From NCBI RefSeq assembly GCF_006345805.1, contig NW_021835859.1, forward strand, positions 1-37,505: a stretch of 37,505 nucleotides of DNA, in the 5' to 3' direction. The first letter of the stretch is position 1; each line of letters starts with the position of its first letter. This document shows, in pieces, positions 11,495 through 26,793 of this stretch. The position numbers were made by a program, and so were the translations under genes. Source of the stretch: Octopus sinensis. Lineage: Eukaryota. The notes below the pieces were generated by a model. The model made no database searches. It was not told the DNA's origin and worked only from the letters and a program-made list of their open reading frames with translations.

Positions 11495-13013
11495 ACAAAC
11501 ACTAAAGAAGTTTTTATTTAATGGACATGGAGAATATCACCAGTATCACAAGGAATTGTCCTAAAATGTACACAAAAGCCACAATATAATGTCTATGAAA
11601 CATTATATTGTGGCTATAATACAGTAGGTAATGAAATTCATAGAATGTATAATCTTCAAGAGAAAAATATAAGTAGCCACAGTAATATGGAGGTTATAAA
11701 CGCATATACTTTTGAAGAATATAATTGAAATATCAAGACATTGATAAAATGCAAGCAGAAGAGACTAGACAAAATGAGATGCGACAAAGAAAATAGAAAC
11801 ATAAGCTGAAATCAGTTAACCAGGAGATATCAACACAATGTTAAAGGTTAGTGGAAAGGAAATCGTCTTTAAAGGAACTCATAAGAAATCTGCAGTTATT
11901 CCATCCGGAATATAATTCTAGATTTCTAATCATAATTATTAGAACACTTAGTTACGTGACTGAGTACCCATAGTGAGAAACAGATAACAAAAGAAGCCGG
12001 AACGCGCCTAATCAGTTGATAATAGTACAAGCTGTGAATTGTACTGTTAAAATTTGTGAAACATTCACATACTAATTTATGTTTATACACAAATATATGC
12101 TCACGCTCACACACACACACACACACACCACAAACATACACGAAAACACAGGCACGTACACACACATATAATAACATCAGACAAGGTAGTATATCCCCAC
12201 GAGCAGTGTTTCGTAAGGTATTTATGTCAGTATGGAAACTATGAAATACTAATAGAAGGATGGTTTGAAACGGATGTTCTTAATTGCTACAAAGTTTATT
12301 GATCATCGCTCCACCAATCAGTCAATCTCATGTTCGATCTATAATATATTCTGAATTAACAATAGAACAAGAGTTGATATAAACATGTACCAGAATGGAA
12401 ATGATAAAATGCTCAATCTGCATTATATACGAATCCACAAAACAAGAGTAGTTGAAAAATAATCGATTAAACATCTTAGTCAATATATTCGGTGGATTGG
12501 ATACAGAGATAAACAGAATGTGCGAGAAGTATATCAGAATGAATCCATGTAATAACAGACGCCTAGGGCTACATGGCAAAAAATCATTGAGGGAAATATA
12601 TAATCGAAATTATACTACTTAGTCATATAAACAGGATACTAAATAATAAATATTAGGTACTGAATACATGTTGCTGATTAAATATATACTAACAATAACA
12701 GAAAACAAAAGTCAAGGCTACTGAAAAGGTTGCAAGACGCAAAGAAAATTTTAGGAAAATAAAAAAAAATCAGTGGAAACTTTACCGATGAGTGTGTTAA
12801 ATTATAAGTCACAGAAAGAAAATGACTCTCCCCAGACATAACAGAATATGCTTCAACACACGAACTCTCAAAAATAATCTTGCAAATCAAGTCCGAAAAC
12901 GAAATAAGAAAAATACAAACCATATCAAAATATTGGATGTACAAAACATGCAGAGATTTGCGCTCAGTACTAGACTGCTCTCACGTAGTAAACTAAACAT
13001 GAAATAAACTATT

Positions 13014-13084
<71 letters not shown>

Positions 13085-13118
13085 CAACAACAACACAACG
13101 AACAGTAACAACAGCAGT
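13014..13118. repeat. (TAA)n/(CAA)n microsatellite
   Basis: Direct reading. Confidence 0.97.
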
Positions 13119-14418
13119 AAAACAAAAGACCTGGTACGACAAGTAGAATCTTTGAATAGATCAAAGTCCAAAATATGCACAAAAAGGAGCGCGGTGACCT
13201 TTGTAATATTCACAATATTAAAAAATGACACAATAATCTGCCAGGGGCAACGATCATACTATACAGCTATCTAAGAAGAGAAATATAATGAGAAAGTGCG
13301 AATTAAAGTTAGAAGACAAATTTGGTGCAGTAAGGGAAAAGACATCCCCGTTCTTTAAAGATGACAGCGTGTTTGTTACAAATTCTCCAAATTCGATAGG
13401 TATATTGGAAAGAACAGCATCGAAGTAGAAGTACCCTCGGAACATGACGCTAGAATCATTTTCGTCTACGAGCAGACGAAAAGGAGCACAAGTGTGATAC
13501 CCTATGGATTAAGGGGAAAAGAACACACTGAGCCTATCAAGAAGCAAATAGAGGAAGAGATGAATTTAGAAAATAGAAGAGTCACATTGAAAAGTCGCCA
13601 ACTGAAGTCACCTAGTATATATGAGATCCTGAATTAGCGGCTTAGTGTCTAAGAAACTTACATAATAAAAAAAACTTTTTGCTAAAACGCAAATATGAAG
13701 GAGCCACAAACGATCCCAGACTTGACTAAATGGTGTCACATTTTTGCTATCCCAAAATGATGAAACAAAATATATTAAGAACTACACTCTCATAATCTTT
13801 TAAATATATTTTGATTGAATGCACATAGTATTTTCTCAACTAAAATATCCTCTTTGATGAACAAAAAGGATGTGAACATGGATCTTATGGAAGCAGGGTT
13901 CAGCATTGAATTAACAGAATGATGTTTGACGATTGTCACAAGAGGAAAAAGTATCTTTCAGTGGCCTGGATAGACCACAAGTTGGCCTTTTGTAGACTTC
14001 CTTAGCTGGAGAAAGATTTTTGGAGATGTTCAAAATTCCACCAATAATGAGGGATTTTGTATTACACACCATAAGAACACGGCATTGATTCTCAACAGTG
14101 ACACAAGAAACATAAGCGCTGGACAACTTCATATTATCTGTAGAATCTGTCAAGCAGTTTCATTACCTCCTTTGTTGATCTGCTTGGCACTGTTTGCTCT
14201 AAGTAAACTAGATGAAATACATTATGCATACTAAGTCAATGGAAAAGCTGTTAATAATCTCCTCTATCTGGATGACTTCAAACTGTTCGCAAACTGTGAT
14301 TAACAACGAAATCACTCTGATACAGAGTCAAACACATTGGCGATTACATCCAAAATGGATCGAGTTTGAAAAATGCACAAGGCTATAATTACCAAGGAAA
14401 AACTATGAGATACATATA

Positions 14419-16023
<1,605 letters not shown>

Positions 16024-16225
16024 TAAAATCAACTTAGATAGAGAACTCAGATAAGTTATAAGTATCAACAGCCATGTGAAGATGTGATTAAACGCTTAAT
16101 AATGAGAGAAAGATAAGGAATGTGAACTGCCGAAGATTAGGAGCTATTCTGAGACCCGGGATATATTCCAGAATTAAAATCGATGCCTAAATGTATTGGC
16201 TATCACATATAACCTCAATAATATA

Positions 16226-16456
16226 TATTTCTTTACTACCCACTAGGGGCTAAACACATAGGAGACAAACAAGGACAGACAAAGGGATTAAGTCAATTAC
16301 ATCGACCCCAGTGCATAACTGGTACTTAATTTATCGACCCCGGAAGGATGAAAGGCAAAGTCGACCTCGGCGGAATTTGAACTTGGAACGTAACGACAGA
16401 CGAAATACGGTAACGCATTTCGCCCGGCGTGCTAACGTTTCTGCCTGCTGGTCGCC
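16226..16456 (-). mobile_element. SINE family B, full length, 16-bp TSD
   Basis: TSD taacctcaataatata at 16210-16225 and 16457-16472; B-box-like gttcaaattcc on minus strand; closely similar copy at 35143-35367. Confidence 0.93.
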
Positions 16457-17445
16457 TAACCTCAATAATATAAACAGGTCCTGCTCTGAGATCAACAAAG
16501 TTTATGCCAAAATACGTAAGGTGATGGTAATGCATCGTATTCATCACCTAAAAGCAGATATAAGCCGAATAAACTTTGCGAGAAAACAAAGCGGTCGTGG
16601 AGTAAGACGATCTCAACTCATCCAACCTGTCTGCAATTATCAAATTACTTGATGTTAAAGATGGGTCTGAAACATGAAGATACTAAAAAAGAAAAATTGA
16701 AATCCGTGTCAAAAAATGCGAAAATGTATCTGAGACATATTAGTAGAGAAACAAGTACATGAAGGTAGTGTGCCACTGATAGGCAAGGCAAAAGAAATAA
16801 AACATATTTTGGAGATCTCAGAGCGAATCCATTGCATAACAAATATCCAACTAGAATCAAGAAACCTGGTGCAGATCAAGCAATCACTCATCAGTGGCTG
16901 TCAAGTTCTTGTCTCAAATCAGAAACAAAAGAGTATATCATCGTTGTGCAGAACCAATCCCTTCCAACTAGGAATTACCACAGTAATTTCATGAAATATG
17001 AAAGCTGCTCATCCTGCCGCATATGTGGAGAGCATCGAAAGAAAATCGACCTGGCATCAGCAGAAGACTTACAAATTCATGACAGGGGAAACTCAGTACA
17101 CACATTGTGAATATGCTGCACATATAGCATCCATCACGAGAACAATAGGTGGGAACACAAACCACCACAATTTGCCCAAAACTTCTGTCTTCAGATTGAT
17201 CGATGAGTATAGGCAAACCATTCTGATTTCATTGTGAAAAATTATAATGTAAAGATTTTGTCTTCTGACTCGTTTTGCAACTACAGCTGACAAAGACAAA
17301 TTTCTGAAAACGTTTGAAAAGGGAGCATGTATAAGGAGGTGGAGGTTGAAATTGAAAGATTGAGTTTTCTCTAAACAACATTACCTATTATTATATTAAA
17401 ATTTGGAAAGATATCAAGAGGAGCAAACAAGTGTGTAGATCAAAT

Positions 17446-17713
17446 CTATAAAAATTAAAAACAAATGCGCACTTTTAAAGCCTCGCCAGGCTCATGAACC
17501 CGGTTTCCCGGTCTATATAGCGTATGTGTTCCCCAACTGGACGGGACGCCAGTCCATCACAGCGTAACTCCTTTTTGCCAGCTGAGTGGACTGGAGCAAC
17601 ATGAAATGAAGTGTTCTGCTTAAGAACACAACGCATCGTCCGGTCCAGGAATCGAAACCACAATCTTACGATCATGATACTGACACCCTAACCACTAAGC
17701 CACGCGCCTCCAC
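17446..17713 (-). mobile_element. tRNA-derived SINE, family D, 9-bp TSD, with V-SINE-like central motif
   Basis: Minus strand gtggcttagtggttagg (A box), gtttcgattcc (B box), gatggactggcgtcccgtccag; TSD agatcaaat at 17437-17445 and 17714-17722. Confidence 0.88.
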
Positions 17714-17904
17714 AGATCAAATTCATAGCAGCACCAAAATAAACGAATTACAAAACATCATACTTTTGGGTACTCCACATATTCTACGTAAATTCCTCTC
17801 CACGTAAATACAAACTCTGTCGCTCTGTGTTTTTTATTCTCACGCAGACATCAATTGCAAAAGCTTGTTGTCTCATGATGTCTTTGCTTGCAGTATAAGT
17901 GCAA

Positions 17905-18056
17905 ATAATAATAATATAATAATAATAATAATGATAATAATAATAATAATAATGACAATAATAATAAAAATAATAACGATAATACTACTAATAATAATAA
18001 CGATAATAATAATAATGATGATAATAATGATAATAATAATGATAATAATAATAGTA

Positions 18057-18110
<54 letters not shown>
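17905..18110. repeat. (TAA/TGA)n tract
   Basis: Direct reading. Confidence 0.97.
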
Positions 18111-18272
18111 GGGACTGCAATAAGGGTGGGCCACTCACAGAAAACAGAACAGCTTGGGACTGCATGAATACTCCGGAAGGTGCTCGAAAAATAAGGGGTG
18201 TCACCTTAGTTCACTAGTAGTGAACATCTGACACCTTAGTACATCTCCAGCGTTAGAAGCAGTTCAAAGGTA
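18108..18272 (+). mobile_element. Extreme 3' fragment of the second Dong family, embedded in (TAA)n
   Basis: GTAIRVGHSQKTEQLGTA*ILRKVLEK* and its 3' UTR match 8900-9060 (GAAIRVEHLQKTALLGTARILQKMLEK); TAA repeats on both sides. Confidence 0.88.
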
Positions 18273-18744
18273 ATAATAATAATAATGATAATAATAATAA
18301 TAATACTAGTAGTAGTAGTAGTAAAAGAATATAATCGTGCATAAACAAAATTATATAAAATACGCCAAATAAAGGTAAAGCTTCACACACACATACACAG
18401 ATAGACCGACAAGCACTTGTGAGTGTCTTGGGGTGGGTTATACTTTGGTATGTGGGATAACTGGTTTCTTTTTCTTTTTTTAAACCGGTAATGTTGCGTT
18501 GTATGAAATCCACAGATATCATCGATGTCGCTTGAATGAAATAGAATACCTCTGAGAAATTATATTCGATAAGATAAATCAAAAGCTTCGAGATCAATGC
18601 CTTAATGCATTCGATATCCCAATGACTGGAAATTTTATGTAATAAAGAATATGGTAGCTAATTACATATGTCTATGCAAAAGATAAAGAAACGCTTGTTC
18701 ACAATAAAAACTGGAAACTGGTACTTCTTCGATTACGATCTCGA

Positions 18745-18992
18745 AGGTTCCAGTTTATCTGATAAAGGGAACTGCCTGTCCATGAAATTAACATGCAAGT
18801 GGTTGAACACTCCACAGACACTCGTGCAGTTAACTTACTTCTAAGGAAGACTCAGCGTGACACATTATGTGACAAGCCTGAGTGGATTGGAGCAACGTGA
18901 AATGAAGTGTCTTGTTGAAGGACACAACGAGTCGCCTGGTGTCGAACTCACGATCATTAGACGATTACTGTAACCACTAAGCCACGCCCCTT
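18745..18992 (-). mobile_element. SINE with family-D head and a different 3' part (degraded)
   Basis: ctgagtggattggagcaacgtgaaatgaagtg...accactaagccacgc matches 17582-17706; the left part is unrelated to the 17446 copy. Confidence 0.7.
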
Positions 18993-21663
18993 TACGGTTC
19001 ACAACAGTACAAATCATTTAACCGAAACAAAAAGTTATGCACATAAATAATTAAAACATGTTGCAATGCAAAGGAAGGTGGTTGTTTCGAAACTACCACT
19101 ACGAAAACATTCCCACACGGTTTGAAGAAATAATGCACGTTAACCTATATAATGGTAGAGACGATAACTACTAACGACGAATTAGAAACATTTTGTATAT
19201 TGATTTAATATAATAGCTGTTTATAAGACTTCTTTGACAATAATAGAAATTGAAAAGTCATCTCCCCAAAGCATTACAGTATTTGATTTGAGACTTGTAC
19301 TAATCAACTTCGAAAATTGGAAAAAAAGTTTTCGCATTGATAATATTCAGGGGTATTATTGGTGTTTGTCATGTAACATACTTCACAGTGTCATGACGTC
19401 TGTCTTCACCAGCCTCTTCAGTGTATTTGCGCAACCTCGTAGATGACTTCTTATAAGGAAGTGAACAACATCCAGCAAAGATAAAAATAAAATAATATTT
19501 CTCATTGATATTATGTCGGTATTCTATAAACCTCTGGCCAAAATATTGTTTGAAAGAATGTGGAAAAAATTTCCCAATGAATCTTTGTTGTTGTGGAGCC
19601 AGATTTGTATATCGTGTTCTGTGGATCAATACTACTGATATCTATTAACAAAATGGTATCGGATTATGTAAAACTACGCAAATCGAATTATATTCCTAAA
19701 TCGATTACGACCGCTATTGAGTTCGTTTAATGTAACTATGTCATCGAAATAACGAATGTACAGAACATTAATCATAATATTTTCAACAGAATAAAGCAAT
19801 AGCAAGGAGTCAGACAGTCCTTCTGGATTTTAACAGTGGTGTGTGGTAAGCTCTAGCGTCACTAAGAATAACTACTTAAATTACAGACCGTAAGGTGATA
19901 TGTGCCTCTGTCCTTCAAGTGATTCTAAGCTTGCTAATGTTTAGTTGACTGTTCAAACAACATGATTAAGAATTAAATATAAAGATTAGATACCCTGAAT
20001 TATCTACCAGCTCTCTTGGATAGCAGACGGTCTTAATGCAAGGCATCTTTTAAAAAATATCATCATATTCTGCACAATAAGTTTCACATTTTATGAATTA
20101 TCATTATTGACAAAATATTATCTTCGCATTCAAGAACTCAACTCAAAATAGGTTCTACTACGTGCCCTTCTTGCATCTTCAATATCTCCACATCAACACA
20201 ATTTCCCAAAACCTTCAGTAAAATTTAATATGGACTCCAGGAATGAGGGAATATATAAGTGGCGAAGTTCTAGACAGTAATCTAACTTGCTATAAATAAG
20301 AAATAAATGTCTCGAAAATCCGAATACCATTTAAAAATGCAAGCTTACGTTAGGTAATATAGTCTTAGATACATAAATATACCGTCTGTTTGACTCTGAA
20401 GCACTTCTGATAATAAGGATTATAAATAAGGATTGACCTAGGACTAAATAACAACGATAAATATGCCTTTACATCAAGAATATTACTGCGATTATTGTCG
20501 GCAGTTAAAAAAATCAATTGTTGCTCTTGTGTAGAAGGAAAAGAGCAGCAACGTCAAGTAATTTTTCTAAATCCATGGAGACTGGTGAGGAAAATGGGTA
20601 AAGCAATCTGGCGTCATAGTTATTCTCGCATCTGAATCTCAGTCCAAATGTTTGAAAGAGGGAGTCAAACCACGTGGTAGTTGTAAGCCTGGTGGCAGAA
20701 GGGATTTGATTTAGTGGAACAGATCCATACGTCATAATATAGAAGATAAAACGACACTTCTCACTAAACACACCTTAGCATTTATTTACACTGGTAAGAA
20801 CACTTACGTCATCCATAATAGCCATGAATCATGTGGGCAATACGCCATTTTCTTTTAGATAGTAAGCCATCATTTATGTGGACATTATTCAATAAATATT
20901 AAAATAAATATCTAAAGAACAGCTGTTCTGTTTGCAGCTGACCAGCCAGTTTCAGATCCTGAGAGAAAGAGGTGATTGTTCTATTAACCTCCTGCTATCT
21001 TAGAGATGACAATTCAGATAGACACTATTATATTAACAGGATATGAATAATCACATACCATCACACGTATTTTATGTCATAACACTTATAATCGTGTTAC
21101 CGATATTATTTTCTAATGTTATTGTATATAACAATTATCTTCCTGTTATAAGCTATAATGAGAATATAGTATACGAATTCATTTTGCTGCCCGATTTTAA
21201 GAAGAAAAGTTAAATAACAGTTCTAACAATACTGTTGAATTAGAAACACTAAGGCGATTAATAAATGCTTCTTGCCCATTTGCAAAGTATTACAATTTTA
21301 ATGATATATTAATGCGTATGACAGAAATTGAAAAACTACCAGAAACGCGGACCGCGTAATCGTCTTGAATATACTAATAATAAAGTAAGTACAGTTTGAG
21401 CATTTTCAAAACATATTTGATTATGTTCGGCGTTTTTATTGATTTTACATGGGATGAGCCTAATTAATTTTAAAATAAGAAAAACTAAAACCTTCGGCAA
21501 TTTCTCAACGATTATTGAAAATTATATTGGCACGATTCGAGTTGGATACTTGTTGGATAAATTATTTAGAATTAACTCCAGGGTAAAATAATAAACGAGT
21601 TGCAGTGTTTACTTACGTTAATATAGCGCAGAGAAACTAGGAATTAACATTTTAACATACATA

Positions 21664-22067
21664 TTCTGATATTCTGTCATTGACTTGTGGCCATCTTTGG
21701 ACACTGTCTTAAAGAGTGTCGTCAATAAAATTGAAATAGTAATTAACTTTATGTTTGGTATTTATTCCGTCGGAAATGCGACGTTACAGTACGTCAAGCG
21801 GTGGGATACAAACACAAGCACGCACGCACAAGCACACACATAGACATACACGCTAGCGCACACAGCTACACACACTCGAGGGCACGCACACACACACACG
21901 AATGCGTGCAGACGCGGGAATTTGCACAGTTTCCCCCCCGAATTATTAGAAAATGCATTGATCAGCCCTAGTATATAATAGAAGATATGTTTCCATATGA
22001 CTTTATTGAGAGAAATAGCCAGTAAAAATTTGCTTACGAATCAAACCACCTAACCATACAGCCATGC
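21664..22067 (-). mobile_element. SINE family A, very degraded
   Basis: gtcattgacttgtggccat tail, internal CA-rich tract, tagaagata and accatacagccatgc head. Confidence 0.65.
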
Positions 22068-22302
22068 TTGAGATTCTATGCAGTAAATGTAAAACTTCGA
22101 ATTATGAAGAAAATGTATAAATACTGTTTAAAAGCCGCCATAGAATTTCAGTTCTAAAGCTGAATCAGTATACAATAAGACTGCAGCATTAGTTATCTTC
22201 AAGGAAAGTATCTCTCAATTCACGGTGTCATCGATAACTACTATACATTTCAAGAAGACAGACTGTTAGGTCATTCTTCAATGTTAAAGGAGAGATTAAT
22301 TG

Positions 22303-22485
22303 GAGGCGGGTATTCATAACCGTTAGCGTATCGGACAAAATGCATTGCAACAATACGTCCAAGCCTTTACGTTCTGACTTTTCCTTTCATCCTCTCCATA
22401 AAATAGAGTACCAGTCAATTACTGGTGTCAGTGTAATCGACCTGGCCTTCTCCCCTCGCATTGCTGACCTCCAATCAAAATCCAA
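22303..22485 (+). mobile_element. SINE family B, degraded
   Basis: cgttagcgtatcggacaaaatgc...cctttcatcct...gtaccagt...gtaatcgac. Confidence 0.7.
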
Positions 22486-22809
22486 ATGGTCGTATAATTA
22501 TGACAGAACCAGAACTGTCACAGAATTGCTACAGAATTCTTATAAAAGTGTTACAAAGCTGGAAATATTGCTTTACAGTATTTGCTTCTATTTCAAATCC
22601 AGTCAAGGTAAAATTTTGCCTTTCGTCATCATGGGGTAGGGATGGAATCGACCAGTTACTTACTCTCAAAATTTTCAGCTTTGGCTTAAAACCAGAAATA
22701 ACACAGTGTAGCAAAACTGATATTTCCTATTTACTTACCCCTAGAAAATTTAACAACTGTTTAATATATCCTTCAAACTTTGATTTTGTTTTCATTTATT
22801 TAAATCCTT

Positions 22810-22955
22810 CTCAACACATGGCTATGATGCTCCCTCATGTTCCTGCTCATGATCAGAGAGGCACATTGTTGTCAGCCACTAAGGGACATGCTCGTGTGGT
22901 TAAGGCCAAGCAACAGGCAAACAAATCAGTGGCATCGAGCAGATTATTTACAACG
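22810..22955 (-). mobile_element. Family C fragment
   Basis: tggctatgatgctccc...tgatcagagaggcaca...aagggacatgctc matches 8615-8750. Confidence 0.7.
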
Positions 22956-25900
22956 ATATTTCTCTTTCAGTGACTAATCACTGAATCTGTCAGAAACGTA
23001 ATGGAAAACTAGGTCAGTTCCAAACCTTTGATACCTAGGTCACACAAGCAAAGATTGAAGGGCATAGTAATAATTTCCTTTGATTTCTAGATAGAAGCAA
23101 ACAGAAAATAACATTTAATGACCAAAGACAAAAAGAAGAAATCATTTATCAAACAGAGATATTTATTGTGATATTTGAAGTATATGAATAATAAAGGAAA
23201 ATTTCAGAAAGAAGTTCTATAACTGATATTACGTTATTATATGCTCTCACAAACTATATTTTAAATGTTAATGTTTGTGATCGTTTTCCATGATGAATCT
23301 AAGTCGTTGTGATAGATGTAAACACTGATGATGTACCAAAGGAAATAAGTGATAAATAAATATATTAACTAATAAAATTTAATACATTATTACTGATGAT
23401 AATATCATCATTAACAATACGGTAGACGACTGTAACTAGAGAAATTGCACATCAAATCAGACAGACAGGAAACTTTACATGAAATGGATTGACATAAAAA
23501 CTATTTCATATTTCTCAGTAAAGAAGAGGAAAGATGTCGAGCATAGCAAACTATTGGGAACCTAACATGAATGCACACTTATCTATGATTAAATTGGTTG
23601 GAAAACACTTGTGCCATATCTCAGTCGTGTTACCAGGTCTAGGGTTACATGTTCAGATTTTTCCCATTTTTCTGTAATATCAGTATGGGTACTACTACTA
23701 CTACTACGACGACGACTACTACTACTACATTCTCTGAGAGTCGATAATATTAGTAACAGTCGAAGACTAGGGTCAACGAAATGGGCTTGCCGGCAGCCCC
23801 AACTAAGAAATGAAAAATTCGGATCTTATGATTTTTATTTAGCTGGTTGCTGGTTGATCGTTAGCGCACAAGACAAAATGCTTAGTGGCATTTCTTTCCG
23901 ATTTAGAAAGAATTATTATTATTATTGTTGCTGATTTCACTGTTGGCGTTGCTGTTATTTAATTAGACCTACTGCTGCTGCTGCTAGTACTGTGATTAGC
24001 TAAACTGATTATACTATATCATGGTATCATGGAGTTGTGGTTTGCATCAATAGTATTTATAACCTATACGATATGATTCGGAGAACAGTGTTGATGATAA
24101 TGTTTCTAATGCCAGTAATAATGGTCTGTTCATTATACAATGATCAAATTGATTTTTGCCAGTAAACATAGTGTCAGTAACGATCAATATTTGCGATTTT
24201 TTATCACTATTCTCATAACTGATAAAACATTTAAATTGCTATATCTAAATTATTATGTAATGAGCTTTAGTTATGCTATTGAATTTAGCATATTCCCAGT
24301 TTCTCTTCATTGTTTGTGATAGTTGGTCTCATAGGATTAGTGGTCAAATGATTATGTTGTCATAAATCTGTTATAAAACTCAGTATCAGTGCCAAAATAT
24401 TTATAATGATAATTAATGTAAATATTATCCAATGTTCTCATTACTATCATGAGAATTCAGGCTTTGCCTAATGAAGATATGAGACATCTTACTGCAGAGG
24501 TGGAGATTGTGATATAGATTTTACTCGGTTTAGTGGCCTGCTGTTGGCGGTAACTGTGACAGGGTTAACCGCTTTCAGTAGATTCACATATATATATTTA
24601 TTGAAGAAGAAATTATCATGCTAATTTTACGATTACTCTATTGAACGTTATTACAGAGATCGGATTAATAACTTAAACTGCACTAAAATTCCTCATACGA
24701 TCAAATCTTTCATTGCATCCCTGAACTTTCCCACCTTCCCTTCATTAATGCCATTAATATCAGTTACATAGAATACTAAAGGTTATCGCTGAAGCATATT
24801 TGATGATCCGTTAAACAGAGATCATTAATTATGTACCTTTACTGAGGTGAAGAAGTATAGGTCTTCTACTATTATAGACGCCATGATGGAAGCGGAAGAT
24901 ACATATAGCGGATAATAGAGGGCAATGATCGTTCGGTAATAAATTAAATAAAACTATTCCATCATGTGGTGTCACCACCAAACTCTCCCACTAAAAATAA
25001 GCACCAAACAGTTAGTAGTGAAACGGTGCCCTACGGCAGGAACTAGTGACCTAATTCCCCTAAGTCTTTAATAAAGAAGATATAAATATTAAACAATGTA
25101 GTCGTAAAATATCAAATATATGAAATAGTCACGGCTAGAAAGCCTTTGGTTATAATTATTTTCAAAGAGAGTAGGTATGGTATTATGCAATAAAAACGGT
25201 AATTTGCGGACGAATAAATTGGTTCCTCAAATCTAACTTGCTATTTCGATGAATTGTCAAATAACAAATGGGTTTCTTTATTTTATATGTGGATAATAGC
25301 ATACAAGTTAAGTGACTACCATTGTCTATTTCCTCGGAGACATAGAAAGCTAATATAAAACAACTATCGTAGTAATAGGATCCTGGAAATGGTTACATGC
25401 TATTCGCTGAGCCATTCGACGAAGTAGTGTACGTTTCACTATGGACACCAACTGGAAGAAGTCTAGAAAAATTCAAAACTGAACACGTGAAATTTTTAAG
25501 TCACATCATATTATTCAACAATGACTTTCAAAACTCTGCGAGGAATAGTTTGTAAAGTCTGTGTGCCACAATATTAAATAGCTTTAATTATAAATTCGTT
25601 TTCAACTAATTCTTTACAGGTGTGTGGGCAAATGTCACATACGCAGCTCAGTAGTCGTTAAGGCGTTATTTGTTCCTAATTTGTGATTTTCTTAATTGAT
25701 TGAATGTTCTATATTGAATGGTCTATATCTCAGAAACTACTAGATTATTGAAAACCGCGTATTTATTATCAATTTTGAAGTAAAATGTTACTAATTTTTA
25801 GAAAACCAACGTTTGTACGAACTAGTTGAATATTACAAATGAAGTTTAACACTAACCGGCGTAGTATCGTCGGTGTAACCTACTAAAATATCAATAACAC

Positions 25901-26744
25901 ATAAAACAAATTGCATGACAATATATTCTGACACACACGTGATCATATCATCACACCTTCTTTCATATAACAAGAAACGAGGCCTCTATATTGCTGGATG
26001 ACAACCAAGATATAGCAAGTTTATCTCCATCAACTAACATCACACGCCATTAAAAATCGGACGGTATTATGCATAATGTAAACCGAAATATAGTCTGTTT
26101 CGAAAAATAGAACGGTTTGTCATAACTGGAATAACTTTCTTCAAGGACACGTTCAATCAAAAGTTATTTGGTCCTGAAGAACATCAAAAATAATTAGAAC
26201 ATGTAGAGAAAAAAAGTGATTTGTTTTCATTATTGAGATAAATATGTCAATATTGAGCTAAATATGACACCGGATAATATGAAATACATAGAAAAATAAA
26301 ACATAAAATATGGTGCATGTTGACTATAGATTTGCTGCAATATTTTTTCTACTATTTAGTTTCATGAATGGAGTATGATTCAGAGAAAGTAGATCTGTTT
26401 ATGCCGATATATACTTGTCAAAATCTATTTCGTTGTATTGCGTTATAATATATTTAGGGTTCTCAATTTGAAGTAAAGGAAACACGTACGTTAAATGCTA
26501 CTATATTTTATAATGTATTTATACAATATTGCAGGAAAAATGTAAATTACAACATTGTCGTTATCTTGGGAGTATCGTCCACTAAATATATACTTATATC
26601 TTTTGTTGAAGTTATTTAAGTAGACTTTAGAGCAACACTGATTTTTCGTAACATGCTCCACATAAATAATATATTTTTTACTAATGTCACATAAATATTG
26701 ATTTGGAATACGTTGCATCACTAACTCTGAGGGATTTAATGACA

Positions 26745-26761
26745 AAATAATATATATATAT

Positions 26762-26793
<32 letters not shown>

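Noticed and set aside
16311-16460. Apparent paralogous ORFs (NWYLIYRPRKDERQSRPRRNLN at 16311 and 35228)
   Set aside because: Antisense translation of two SINE-B copies.
17640-17713. tRNA gene
   Set aside because: The A/B boxes belong to a SINE head with body and TSD; the same applies to 7262 and the 16456 end.
19369-19629. Minus-strand ORF or short signal-peptide-like frame (MRNIILFLSLL)
   Set aside because: No recognisable domain, and it lies antisense to the LRP-like remnants.
20240-21010. Probable further old interspersed repeats (also ~24960-25195 and ~33060-33200)
   Set aside because: They resemble one another only weakly; boundaries and class cannot be supported without a repeat library.
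22340-22973. 108-170 aa class ORFs here and at 8778-9329
   Set aside because: Composed of SINE/family C pieces or antisense to the Dong endonuclease.
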